From Isurus oxyrinchus (lineage: Eukaryota), in the NCBI GenBank assembly GCA_026770705.1, contig JANJGN010000007.1, positions 96,844,001-96,908,000 of the forward strand: DNA of 64,000 nucleotides, read 5' to 3'. Shown here in pieces: positions 26,605 through 39,400 of this stretch; the stretch's first letter is position 1, and every line of letters begins with the position of its first letter. The notes below the pieces were generated by a model. That model worked only from the letters and a program-made list of their open reading frames with translations, did not search any database and was not told the origin of the DNA. A program made the position numbers and the translations under genes.

Positions 26605-27571
26605 TGTTATGATCCTGTTAGGGAGCAGAAACTTTTGTTCTAAACTAGACGAAATTACAAACTGCAGTTTCTCATCAAAATAATGAGGCCACAAGATTAC
26701 ACGTTTTAAAATGAAACTAACCAAATTTAATATGCAGGTCAGCAAAGCATTCCGTCATTAGGATCTACCATACTCTAACATACACAATTAATCTGAGGCA
26801 AAGAGGTATGAGCAGACTATTTACGTTCCAATATGCCACAAACTGCAAACTGAATTGCAGATACAAGCAATGCTGATACCATGCATTTCCAGCAAACCAG
26901 CCAGATATCAATGAAAATGTGTTGGCCACAAAAATTATTTGAAGCTCTCCACTTGACAGGGATGCTCAGCTGCTCTTTAGGGCTTCTGATTTCCTCAACA
27001 GCATCACCAGTTAAACTGTAGGCCTTCCTGCTTTGTGTGTGTCCGAAAAGTTGTTTTTAGACAACAGGACTGAAACTTCAAATGACTCAGCAGCTGCTCA
27101 CCACTCATCTGCCTATGCTCTTCTCCCCAGCCCGCAAACCAACTAATTCCAGGGCTGCTCCTCCAATTCTACTGACCAGCGTGCTCCCTGCATCCTAGGT
27201 GTTGGAGCAAAACCCCACTGCTTATGGGTTTTCCTTTGTCCAGCTGCCAGATTGACGAAGCGGACACATAAACTCCGCTTCGATGAGCTGACAGTACTCC
27301 CCACTGCTTCTATCAAGCCATTGCCATCCCAGCAGCAGGAATATAGGAACCATCTGCTACCTCCACTGGACTGAATTATTCTGGTATCCTGCTAAATCTT
27401 ACAACAGTGTATATTCCTTTCTAAGGCAGGGCGAATGTGTCAACGCTTGATTTATTATGTGCCTTAAATACAATTTCTAATCAACCAATGGTCACTTCCG
27501 AAGCTGACAACCCAAAATGTCTCCACACCAAAAACACACTAACAAAACTCCACAGTATGGATTGCCTCACA
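26605..27571. mobile_element. Probable solo LTR
   Basis: TGTTATGA...CCTCACA termini, non-coding, interrupts a CR1 fragment; TSD not evident. Confidence 0.5.
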
Positions 27572-27744
27572 CTTAACCACTTTTTTCTTATACTCTGTAC
27601 TTCTGTTCATAAAAACCAGGATACTGCGTGCTTTCTTAACCCCGCTCTCAACCCATGCTGCCATCTTCAATGATTTACGCACATATACGTCCACATCTGT
27701 CTGTCTCTGTACTTGCTGTGGAATTTGATTTTTTCATGCTTTTT

Positions 27745-30120
27745 GTTAGGCTTCCTGAAACAAAATTTAGATATTCCAACGAGAGAAGTGGCAATACTGG
27801 ACCTGGTATTATGGAATGAACACCGCCAGGTGGTCGAAGTTTCAATTGGGGGTGCATTTCTGGAAAAGTGACCCTAATTCAGTAAGTTTCAAGGTACTGA
27901 TGGTTAAGGATAACAGCAATCAGCGGGTTAAGGCGCTTAATTGGGTGATGGCTAATTATAACATTATTAAGCAGGAACTGAGGAAGCTAGACTAGAGGAG
28001 GATGTTTGAGGGCAAATCAACAATTGACATGTGGGGGGCTTTCAAACATCAGTTGATAAGAATTCAAGATCGGCATGTTTCTGCTAGGATGAAGGATAAG
28101 CATGGCAAGATTCAGGAACATTGGATAACGAAGGATATTGTGAGATTAGTCAAAAAGGAAAGGGAAGCATCCATAAGGGCTAGAAGGCTGGGAACAGATG
28201 AAGCCCATGGAGAATACAAAGGAAGTAGGAAGAAACTTAAGCATGGAGTCAGGAGGTCTAAAAGGGGAAATTAAAAGTCACTGGCAACCAGGTTTAAGGA
28301 AAATCCCAAGGCTTTTTATACATATGTAAAAAAACAAAAGGTAGCCAGGGAAAGTGTGGGCCTACTCCGGGACAGAGGTGAGAATCTGTGTGTGGAGCTA
28401 GAAGAAATGGGAGAGAAACTAAATGAATATTTCTCATCAGAATTTATCAAAGAGAATGACTTAGTGCTCGATTTTTCTAGCGAACATTGTGTAGATAGCC
28501 TGGACCATGTTGAGATCAGAAAACAGGAGGTATTAGGCGTCTTGAAGAATATTAAGGTGGATAAGTCCCCTGGGCCAGATGGGATCTACCCCAGAGTACT
28601 GAGGGAGGCAAGGGAGGAGATTGCTGCGAGCTTGAAAGAAATCTTTCTACCCTCACTGGCTATGGGTGCGGTCCCAGAGGACTAGAGAATGACCAATGTT
28701 GTTCTAATGTTTAAGAAGGGTAACAGGTACAATCCAGGAAATTACAGGCCGCTGGGCCTGACATCAGTGGTAGGGAATTATTGGAGAAGATTATTCGTGA
28801 CAGGATTTACTACCATTTGGAAGCAAATCGGCGTATTAGTGAGAGGCAGCATGGTTTTGTGAAGGGGAGGTCGTGTCTCACTAACTTGATCGAGCTTTTT
28901 GAGGAACTGACAAAGATGAACGATGATGGAAGGGCAGTAGATGTTATATACATGGATTTCAGTAAGGCCTTTGACAAAGTCCCTCATGGCAGACTGGTAC
29001 CGAAGGCAAAGTCACACGGGATCAGAGGTGAGCTGGCAAGATTAATACAATGGTTGGTCCTAGAGGACAGAGGGTAGAAGTGGAAGGGTTCTTTTCTGAA
29101 TGGAGAGCTGTGACTAGTGGAGTTCGTCAGGGATCAGTGCCGGGACCTTTGCTGTTTGTGGTATACATAAATGATTTGGAGGAAAATGTAACTGGGCTAA
29201 TTAGTAAGTTTGCAGACGACACTAAGGTTGGAGGAGTTGCAGATAGTGAAGAGGATTGTCAAAGCATACAATGGGATATAGATTGGTTGGAGACTTGGGC
29301 GGAGAAATGGCAGATGGAGTTTAATCTGGACAAATGCAAAGTAACACATTTTGCAAGGTCTAATACAGGCAGGAATTAAACAGTAAATGACAGAAACCTT
29401 AAGTGCATTGACGGGCAGAGGGATCTGTGTGTACAAGTCCACGGGTCACTGAAATTGGCAATGCAGGTGGATAAGGTAGTCAGTATGCTTGCCTTCATTG
29501 GCAGGGGTATTGAGTATAAAAGCTGTGAAGTCATGCTGCAGCTGTATAGAACCTTGGTAGAGCACACTTGGAATATTGCGTGCAATTCTGGTCGCCAGAT
29601 TACCAGAAGGATTTGGCGGCATTGGAGAGGGTGCAAAGCAGGTTTACCAGAATGCTGCCTGGTCTGGAGGTTATTAGCTATGAAGAAAGGTTGGAGAAAC
29701 TCGGATTGTTCTCACTAGAGCGATGGAGATTGAGGGGTGACTTGATAGAAGTTTACAAAATTATGAGTGGCATAGACAGAGTAGGTAGTCAGAAGGTTTT
29801 TCTGAGGGTGGAAGAGTCAATTACTAGGCGACATAGATTTAAGAGTAGTGGAGAGAACTATAGAAGAGATGTGCGGGGTATGTTTTTTGTGCAGAGGGAA
29901 GTGAGTGTCTTGAATTCGCTGCCAGAGGAGGTGGTGGAAGCAGGTATGATAATGGTGTTTAAGAGGAGGCTTGACAAATACATGAATAGGATGGGAATAG
30001 AGGGGTACAGAACCTGGAAGTGCAAAATGTTTTAGTTGACGGGCAATATGATCAGCACAGGCTTGGACGTCCGAAGTGCCCGTTCTTGTGCTTAACTTTT
30101 CTTTGTTTCTTGTTCTTTAT
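27745..30120 (+). mobile_element. Relatively young 5'-truncated CR1 LINE (APE end + RT)
   Basis: DKSPGPDGIYPRVLRE, QHGFVKGRSCLTNLIE, YMDFSKAFDKVPH, GVRQGSVPGPLLF, KFADDTK, EYCVQFWSP, LRGDLIEVYKI; (TTCTTTG)-like tail. Confidence 0.95.
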
Positions 30121-30525
30121 GTTACCTTTCTGCATTCTTCTTACTAAAATGAACATATTAACACTTCTCTGCATTGAATTTCAGCTGCTACTTGAATAGT
30201 CATTCCACCAACCCTATCTAAGGCTTTTTCAAGGTCTACAATATCCTCCTCATGGTTCACAATAACTTTAAGTTTTCTGTGTGCTGCAATATTTGGAATT
30301 GTGTCCTGTACACGTATTTAATCCAGTGCATTGCAAAGCTGATTCTGGTCCTTTACTGAATCAGAGAGTTGATTCCTTTGGGAGAATACATTGCTTCTTT
30401 GTTTCACGTTTAATTTTTTCTAAGCAGGACCATCACACTTTTTGTCCCTCCCATTAACGCAGCGAATGTCTCACTTACATGTTCCTATCTAGCGTGGCCA
30501 CATGCTTAGTGCTTGCACCACGGTT

Positions 30526-31094
30526 TGTCACACCCAATTTTATTGGGAAGACCAAGCAATATGTTTATATTACAAATACAACTGGTACTCTGAAATGAAT
30601 ATTATGGTTAGAAGAGGCTGGTGATACAATGAGAACTCACAGTCAATGGGGAGTGGTTGGAATAACTTCACCAGTTTTTGTGTGCAAGGCAGAGACAATG
30701 TAAGATCAAACATCAGTCATAAGCCTCCAACTCTCCATAGAAAGGAAAGTCAAAAGAACTGCATTTCGAATTTTTAAGCTGAAAATGCTTTGCCTGGTGT
30801 CTGGGTCGAGAGGGCACGCAGTTGTGATGGGCAGCACGTGCACGTCAATGGGTTACAGTTGCCTTAATTGAGGTTAGTTTGGGAATTTGTTAAAAGTTAT
30901 GATATTAGTAATTTGTAGCCAAGTAAGTTAATAAAAAGTTCCATTTAGTTTAATGTAAAACTAAAGATCTTATTCCTGAATTTAGTGTCGCATCTGAAAC
31001 GTAAACCTTAAAATTAAAGGTTATGACAGTTGTTTTATGTCTCCTCCTATGATTTTTAAATGACTCGGCTGTAATAACTGCATCAGTCATAACA
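30526..31094 (+). mobile_element. Solo LTR related to 23257-24164
   Basis: TGTCA...CATAACA termini; 3' part (GTTGCCTTAA, TAGTAATTTGTAG, GTTATGA) colinear with 23880-24164. Confidence 0.6.
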
Positions 31095-31369
31095 CTTCAC
31101 TGCTGTTGCATTATAGGACCATTCAGAAAATCGGACCTGCACAGATCCCTCTCAGTTGCCACAGAAATAAAAATTTCCCATCGGCTGATTTGTGTAGCGT
31201 AGGTGCCTCTGTGAATCTTTCATACACTGGCCTCGAAGTCTGAGACATGGGCTGGATGTGCAATGTACCACAATATTGTTCTGCAATTTAATTTCTGGTG
31301 AAAATCGATGATTATTAGCTAACCAATTCGCAGCTACAATCGAGCTCCTATCCACCTCCTGCCTCAGAC

Positions 31370-32050
31370 CTCAGACACGAGTACCCATGACCCTGATTCA
31401 ACAACCCACCCCCCGATCCTACTCACCACTCCCAGACCCAAATACTGACTACCTCTGGATATGACTGCACTACTCGGTACTCTCCACATCTGCTACAACA
31501 CTACACATCCCTTAGACCAGACTGCCTACCTATTGGTATCGATACCGAATTTGTCACAGCCAACCAGCTTCTACTCATCTTTCCAACCGAGTAACCACTC
31601 TTCAGACGCGACTACCACACACACCGACGCAAAATCGCAAAAACCTACCCGATTGTCCAGCCTCTCGAGCCCAACAAGCCAGCATCTGAGAAGACTCTTC
31701 AAGTTCCAGCCAACCTCGGAGGCGAATTTCCACCCACCGCAACATGAATACACATGCTGCCCTCATGACTGCGTGCCCTCTCGACTCGACCTCTAAGGCC
31801 ACGATCCGATTATCCGTCCACAAACTGGACTGCCCAGACCCGAAGCGACTACCAACACAGTTAAACTTGACTTCCCAAGCTCTAGGCCCAAGTGCCAATA
31901 TCCGACCCCCCCACCCCCGACTACCCACTGCCTAGGCCTGATTGCCGATCCGCCAATCCGAATACCAATGTCCACTCAAATGCACAGCCTTTCGACTAGA
32001 ATATCCCTGAGCCCAACTTATAAACTCTCAGCCCGAACCGAGCACACATT
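31370..32050. repeat. Degenerate C-rich minisatellite-like tract (CGACTACC-like units)
   Basis: Recurrent GACTACC/CCGAC/CCAGAC words with strong C/A strand bias. Confidence 0.4.
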
Positions 32051-32399
32051 GACATGAATAGCCACATTTTCAGGCTCAACTATTAATGATGTGTTCATTA
32101 TATTGTTAAGGTACACAGCGGAAGGCATTGCTACATTAAGCACTGAACTATCTTATAATGAGACTCCATTAATAGTTCCAGGCATTAATAGGTCGAGGTT
32201 CAAACCGGCGTGACAGTCTGTGCCTCTTCCACGGCTATGTTCGCGACCGGGTGTGATTGAAGAGGAAGTACGTGGTTTCCACTGGTGCACTTTGGGACCT
32301 GTTGCGACCGCTGGGCACTGTGGGGGCTGGAGTGCTTCCGTAGAATTCTAGATTAATTCCATAAGGTTACTTTAAAAGTGTTCCCTTTTTCACATTCCC

Positions 32400-35300
32400 C
32401 CATAAAGAGATTTCAGTTTAACTAAACATATTTATTTATTAGTTTGACATTCTGAGAGGTGTAATCGGAAGAGTATACATAGGACTGCTGGGATTCTGGG
32501 TTGGGAGGCAGGAAGCAGGCGTCTTTAACGTTGCATTCTGTTAATAAACTTACTTCAAAAACGAACTAATACATGGTTCCACAATTAAGCGATTGATTTG
32601 GGATCTGAGGAGCATGCTGGAAATGGATGATAGCCTAAAGGTGAATATTGGAGACCAGGATTTTTTTTCAATCTAGGCTTGTAACCTGAATTACTTTAAC
32701 GAAAAAAAATGGTATAAAAGATATGGCTACAAACAGCTTTCCTATGAATTCAAACCTGTTGAAAAATCGAAAATATTGCGGGCATGTTGGTAATACTAAA
32801 ACACACTTTTCCTTGATTAATTTCAGAAGGCTTCTAATTTCATGCCTGTAAATTAAATGAAATTGTTTGAAACCAGTATACTCCTTTGGCGAATCCCGGG
32901 TATCAAATAGAAGCAAATTCCCTCCTTTATCCCAATCATGGAGATATACATGACTATAAGCTTTAATAATTTATTTGAGATTTTGCTGGTATCTCCCTGA
33001 AGCTCCCTGTGTTTGCAGATGACATGCTGTGGATTTTAACGGTTTCATGTGCAAACTACTAATTATGTTCTGAAAAAAGTTAGCCATTAAATTGGAAACT
33101 TCATCCAACTGGATCCCTTGCCTGTAATGCATATTGAGTGGAAAATCGGATTATCTTCTGCATCATTTCTTTAGCTGCAATGGCCGTTAAAGGGATGGCC
33201 TCTGGAAATCAAGTTGCCATATCCATAATGGTAAGGATATACTGCTGACCTGCTTTCATTTTTTGTAACGATCCCACTCAGCCCACCAACGCCCAACTGA
33301 ATGATTCCTCAAAAACTGGCAAAGGAATTATAGGTGCTAGTTGATTGCATGTTGTTGTTTACGGTCTATCTGGCAGATTGGGCACATTTTATAAAACAGC
33401 ACCATGTCCTTATAAAGACCTGATCAGTAAAACCGTCGGTTTATTTGGGCTTTTGTTTCTCATATCCCTATATGCCTTCCCATAGCAATTGCATGTGCTA
33501 TTCATTATATTGCTTTGTAATATTATAACGGTACCACTGTCTGATGACCACGCGTCCACTCCTCATCAGCAAGTCTGTGAAGAGGCCTCCCCTTCTTGAT
33601 CAGAATTCTATTTCTAACATAATAATATTCTGGATCTGCCTTGGCCTCATTTTCAGCTTGGGTTGATTGTGCTACTTTCCCTAACTCTGCATCAGCTTAT
33701 TGAACCTCAAAGTGAGAAGACTTGTGCGACAATGTTCTTTGGATTATCTAAGTCTGTAAACAAAGTTTGAGTCAGCCTAAATCTGTCTATTGTATCACTT
33801 TGAACTTTGATGATGGACATTGCTTAGCCATTGCTCGGGCCATCACACACGCAGGAAAAATCCTTGGGACCCGTTCCTGTGATCTGTATCTTTAGCCTCA
33901 TTTGGGCTTTCTGTAACTGTAGCATCAATTACATCTAAGTGCAACAGTTCAAAGACCCCAATCGCTACATTGTCGGACAAAAGGTAACATTCCACTAGAA
34001 CCCGCACAAATGTATGGGGAAATACTCCCAACCAATACCATTTACTAAAACTTTGGCTTTTAAAGTGTTCTCTGATGGAAAAGTTATATCTGTCCCCCGC
34101 AAACTACTGGAGTGGCTCCTCTAGCTTTAAGCATGATCATATGTTTAGCAATCGCATTTGAGAGGTAAAATGTTATTTTTCCCACTGACAAAAAATACCT
34201 TTATAAATCTCATGTATCTCATTCAGCTCTCCTGAATTGAGAGCAGTATCCACACTCGGTTTCACAAACTGCAATCAACGCCAGAACTTAATTTTTTGTA
34301 CTTTGAGTCAGTGCTCCTTTTCTTTAACCAGCCTTACATATCCCAATAAGTTCCATGGGGGGTCCAACGGAACTTCCGAAAATTGGCGCAGTCACGCCCC
34401 GTCTTGTTAAATGGATTTGCTTACGCATTCGATGTTACTTCTAGCCAGACATGACTGCTGCCCATCTAGTTTTTTTTAAAAAATTCTCTCGTCTTCAACA
34501 TGGGTTCTAATGATCGGAGGACGTGAACTTCCAAATTATTCCAAAAGAATTGCTTCTCTAAGAGCTTCGTACTCTGTCTCCAACTTCAATGCCGGTATCC
34601 AATGGTGACAATTACTTTGCTTTACACTTTCAAACTCAATGTAGTTCTACACTGGCTGTTTTCTTATTATCCAAATTTGTGCCTGAACCGCTCAGGGATC
34701 AACTCATACAAACTCAGATAACCTTTTATATTCATCATAATCTACTGAAGCCCCTTTTGAAAGTGAACCAAAAACCGCATGAGTTGTCTGTACGAACCGA
34801 GACTTAACGGCAATGTCCAGATTTCCTTCGCCGCTTCATTTATCGAACTACCTTTTAAAATGAAATAAATAATGCCTCTAAATCCGCTTCCTCAAACTTC
34901 TGAAGAGCTTGCACAAATATAAATCTCTCCCCACTGTGCTTTCGGTTGAATGTTTTTTCATCCTCAGAAACTTCCTCAGCATCTAAGGCCTCCTTTTTAA
35001 GGTCCAGCTTTTTATGTCGTTATTCCGTTTCTCATTCCTTTTCTCTTTCCTCCATTTCTAACTTCTCCCTATTGAGGTCAGGTTTTCTTGGCGGATCTCG
35101 CTTCCTTTCTCTTTCGTCCCTTTCTGCTTGCTCTCTTTGAAAAATCTTTTTTATTTCCTTTCCTTTTTTCCGTTATGTCCAATTCAAGTTATTTTTCACT
35201 TGCAACTGAATCTTAATCAATTCAAGTGACCCAGCCCCTGGACAATGTAGTCTCTCCGTTATCCCTTCTAGTTTCAATTGCTGTGCCATTACCTATACTG

Positions 35301-35500
35301 TGTCTGCTTTCACCGCCCTTGGGGTAATTCTAGCTCCAGTTTATCCCCCAGTCCCATTAGTTGTATCTTGGTTAATTTCAGGAAATCAGCAAAGGTTACA
35401 TTTTCCACCTATGAAAAAGCATTCGCAAATTCCAATGCTATTTTAGTTTACCAATGTTAAAGAAACCTAGTCTGCGTCATGTTATTCATTATCAATTATT
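32400..35500 (-). mobile_element. Gypsy LTR retrotransposon internal region (gag, protease region, integrase), decayed; Gmr1-like order
   Basis: Gag: KLELELP, E/R/K-rich coil, QKFEEADLEALF, YELIPE, IIRTHVE. Integrase: PIIPLPVFEESFS, QYILTIMDMA, FPEAIPL, LLFDTRDSPKEYTGF..LIYRHEIRSLLKLIKEK. Confidence 0.85.
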
Positions 35501-35556
35501 CATCCACATCGAATCACCCACTGTCCGCTTTTCAAAATCTCGCAGGATTCGCAAAG

Positions 35557-37272
35557 TTACCTTACGTCCGTGATGGGAGGAGTACGCGGATTATCAGACC
35601 CCAATGCTCTGCAGGCCGTGCTATTAACTGAAATGTTCATTTTTCTGACATAAATAACCAGTTATGTGCTGACACATCTGGTACCCAGAATAAAAAAAAT
35701 CCCAGGCCAGGCTTCTTTCAAAGTAGCTCAGAATGAATGACATACTTTGAAAGAGAACTTCATGTACATAGAAAGATAGAAACGAGCAGCAGTAGGAGGC
35801 AATTCGGCCCTTCCATCCTACACCGCCATTCTATCTGATCATGGCTATTCCTCACTTCAATGCCATATTTCCACTTTCTCTCCATTCCCATTGATACCTC
35901 TAATATGAAAAAAAAGTTTTCTTCTTGAAAATACCCAGTGACCCGGCCTTCACAGCCGTCTGTGGTAGAACATTCTACAGGTTGACCACCCTCTGCACGA
36001 TGAAATCTTTCCTTTGCTAAGTCCCAATGGGCCGGCCCACATCCTGAGACTTTGGTCCCTGGTTCTAGGCTCGCCAACCAGTGGAAACATCCTCCCTACA
36101 GCTAATATGTCCAGCCCTGTTAGAATATTATACGTTTCAATCAGGTCCACTCTCATTCTACCAAACTCTGGCGATTACAGGTCCAGTTGAACCCATTTCT
36201 CTTCATGTGACAATCTTGTGATCCCTGGTATCTGTGTAGTGATCATTCGCTGCACTAAATATATATGGCAAATATATAGTTTCTTAGGTAGGGAGAGCAA
36301 AGCTGCATGTAATGCAGCAGGTGTGGTCTCCCCAAGGCCCTGTTTAACTGCAGTAAGATATCCATACTTCTGACATCTAATCCGCTTGCAATGAAGGCCA
36401 ACATACCATCTGCCTTCCTAATTGCTTGATGCACCTGACTATGCACTTTCATCGGCTGGTGTGAAAGGTCACCATTATCTCTTTGGCCATCCAGATTATC
36501 CAACATATCAGCATTAATAAAAAAGTCTCTGCCTTTCTGTTCTTCACACCGAAGTGTATGACTTCAGATTTATCCACGTAATGCTATTTTCTCCATGTGC
36601 TTTGCCCACACACACAACTTTTCTCAATCGTTCTGAAGACTCACTAACAGGCACCAAGTGCAAGTTTACAAACGATTGTATTCAGAAAGCATAACTACCG
36701 ATCTATTCCTAAACAATTCCCCCAAGCATACACACAACCAAACACACAAAGTGCGAACAGGTATAGTCTTTCTGCGGAGAACAGCTGTTATAAAATAAAG
36801 AATACAGTCCACAGGCTCTAGACGCTGTGGCCCGGGAGTTGTCCTGTGTCAAGGCCTAGATGTTCTCACCAGTTGGCATAGCTTTGCAGGTCCAAACTCA
36901 GACTAGTTACACTCAGATGAGAGTTCGGTGGCTACAGTTTTATAGCTGCACACACTTTTCTGCAAGGTGGAGCAAGAAACACTTCCTTCATCAGGCTGCT
37001 CTTTAATAAGTTTGCATTCAAAGCAGAGGTTCACCATTTATGTTTTTTTTTCTCGCCCCAATGTGACTCCCTGTTGTCTCCCAGTTTTTCATTAATTAAA
37101 GTGTTTTGCTTTTTTTGCAAAGAACTTCTTCCCAATTATCATATTGGTCAGATGATTTTAAGAAAAGGACCTGTTTGTATACAGTTCGAAGATGTATTTG
37201 TGAACTTATTTTAAAAATCCGAAGTTAGAACCCGCATGTCCAGATCATGAAAAGCCCTTCCATTTTGTAACA
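35557..37272 (-). mobile_element. Probable 5' LTR of the Gypsy element, interrupted by a CR1
   Basis: Begins TGTTACAAAATGG on the minus strand at 37272; non-coding; adjoins the gag leader. Confidence 0.45.
35757..36640 (-). mobile_element. CR1 LINE 3' fragment
   Basis: RVDLIETYNILTGLD..GRMFPLVGEPRTR; KADGMLAFIASG..LGRPHL. Confidence 0.9.
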
Positions 37273-37314
37273 TTAAAATTTCAGTTTTGAGACGTATGAT
37301 TCAAACAAAGGCAG

Positions 37315-37408
37315 CTTACCATCACCTTCTCAAAGACAAGTCGATGTGTAATAAATGCTGGCCTAGGCAGCGACGCCCACATGCCGCAAATGAACAACAA
37401 AAAGAAAA
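37315..37408 (+). mobile_element. 3' tail fragment of the LINE/SINE family
   Basis: AATAAATGCTGGCCTAGGCAGCGACGCCCACATGCCGCAAATGAAC followed by an A-rich tail. Confidence 0.7.
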
Positions 37409-38129
37409 ATATATGGAAATGGATTGACGTATATGTTTCAAACCAAGATTACTATTGAGTGCATCACAATAATCACAATATTATTGATATGCATTGGACG
37501 ACGATTTGTGAACTATTTTTGACAGTTATGAAAGAAACATTAGAACTGATCTAAAATAGCTCAGTAACATGAAAAGCCGTGTAATACAAGAAATAATTAA
37601 TCTGAGTAACTTGAAATGTGCTAAATTCAAATTGTGATTGATATTTATTCGAAGTTATGTTCACATTTATCCATTGTCTTTTACGTAGGGCAGGATGATT
37701 CTTCAAATGTCATTCCCAACATGATTTAAAAGTATATGAATATGCAGAGTTTATAACCATTTGCTTGTCGAGACACTTCAGTAAGAGACAATGACCCGGA
37801 CACGTTACTGACGCCAGCAGCACAGGCAGAGAACAACAAAACTCCCTTTGTTCCACAGAAACCGAGAAAAACTTCATTCATTACAAGGGAGACTTCGAAT
37901 GCTTACTTCAGATAATCATCAGCGTAAGATAGAGGTGACCTAAGGTTCTGAGCTGAAGACAGTGGAGCATAGTGATAGTAATGTTTCTATACCTAACATC
38001 ATAAACGTGATGAAAGATCCAAGGGGATTAGACAGAGATACAAACAAAGCGATTTATCCGAGGGTAATAATTGAGTTATTCATGAGCATGGACATCAATG
38101 CAATACGAATGATTATCTGGACTGAAAGG

Positions 38130-39400
38130 AAGACAGAGGTGGACGTTTGAGATGAGGTTAACGAGCGAATTCGGGAGTATGCACCCCAAGGCCTCAATAG
38201 AAATGTTGACAAGTTTGCAGATTGGAGAGTGGAGGCACAATAAGTCCCATTACAAAGAACAGGACATTGAATGGGGGCAAAGGGAGTGGCTGCAGGCTGA
38301 AGAACGTTACAGAGATAGAGCGAGGGTGACAGCATGGAGATTTAAAACACGAGGAAAGATAACACAGCGACGTGTGTTGGCACGTAAGGAAGTGCGAAGT
38401 GCAACAGCTGATGTTGTCTGTGTACATGTAACAGCTGATCCACATTTGTGAATGAACCCTCCAGTGAGAAGTTTATAGATGTGCAGAAATGGATAGAACA
38501 ATGTACTTCCTAGGGAGTTACTGATGATAATGAAGAACATACAATACTGTTTAGTTCTCTGGCTCTGATTGGTTTGGAAAGACTGGCAACAAACAAGGGA
38601 AATCTCACAGAGAGGCCAGTGTCAGAGGAGTGAAGGGAAGACATATTAACGGGGGGTACATAGTGCCTGGAGAAAATTCAATGTTAATTCAGGGTTTCAG
38701 TGCCAGTTGGACGCATCTCTTTCTGATGGGGAGCGTGAGTTCTGAATTTCCAGTTAGGAGGGATCAGAGGTTATGCAATATCATACTCAGCCTGAGACAG
38801 AAGACAGGAAATCGAAATGGAATCAGTGTCAAGGTTCATGATTTTTAGGTGGGGTTAAAGATAGAAAGCCTATATCCCTCCATGTGTAATTCGATTGAAA
38901 GGCAGCTCGTGTTCAACAGCTGGTCTCATTCGGATAACACAGAGGCAGTGGAGAGTCGAGTGTGATGGTGAAGTGTTGAATTTGCATGATATCTGCACAT
39001 ATGTAGTAGCAGATTTCGTGACTGAAAATGACATTGCCAGGGAACAGCAAGTAAATGAAGAGGAGGATAGAGAAATAATAGAACGTTAAGGCTGTCCATT
39101 GGTAATGGTGCTTGTGTGGGAAGAATAAAACATTACTGGTGAAGCTCTGGTTACAATCAGATCATATCAGTAAGAAGTGAATCAAGTGAGGTTCCTCCCA
39201 CCAAATTGGTCCATACCAGGTCTATAGAGAGTAGGTGGGTGGGCTTCTGGTAGGTTTAGACAAGGAGATAGAGAAGTGTAGGGGACTTACCATAAGGAAA
39301 GTAATTTTATCTGCAAAGTATGGGGCTACTGCGAGACAACTTGTCAATTGACGTCGAGGGTGAGTTTTGAGTGGTGCTTTGTGGGAAATGTATATGGACT
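38130..39400 (-). mobile_element. Old L2-type LINE fragment
   Basis: Degenerate RT core around 38980-39110 (LLFIYLLFPGNVI..HICADIMQ, cf. LLFLIYMLPLGDII..HMYADDTQ) and an L2-like 3' region at ~38200-38360. Confidence 0.5.

Larger units (their letters stand above)
22315..30330 (-). mobile_element. Old CR1 3' fragment split by nested insertions (pieces ~22315-22870, ~26547-26604, ~27572-27715, ~30123-30330)
   Basis: The pieces appear to read as consecutive parts of a reverse-strand CR1 ORF2 3' region. Confidence 0.55.

Noticed and set aside
37689-37920. Possible exon after TTTTACGTAG
   Set aside because: Early stops and no recognisable protein motif; cannot be supported.
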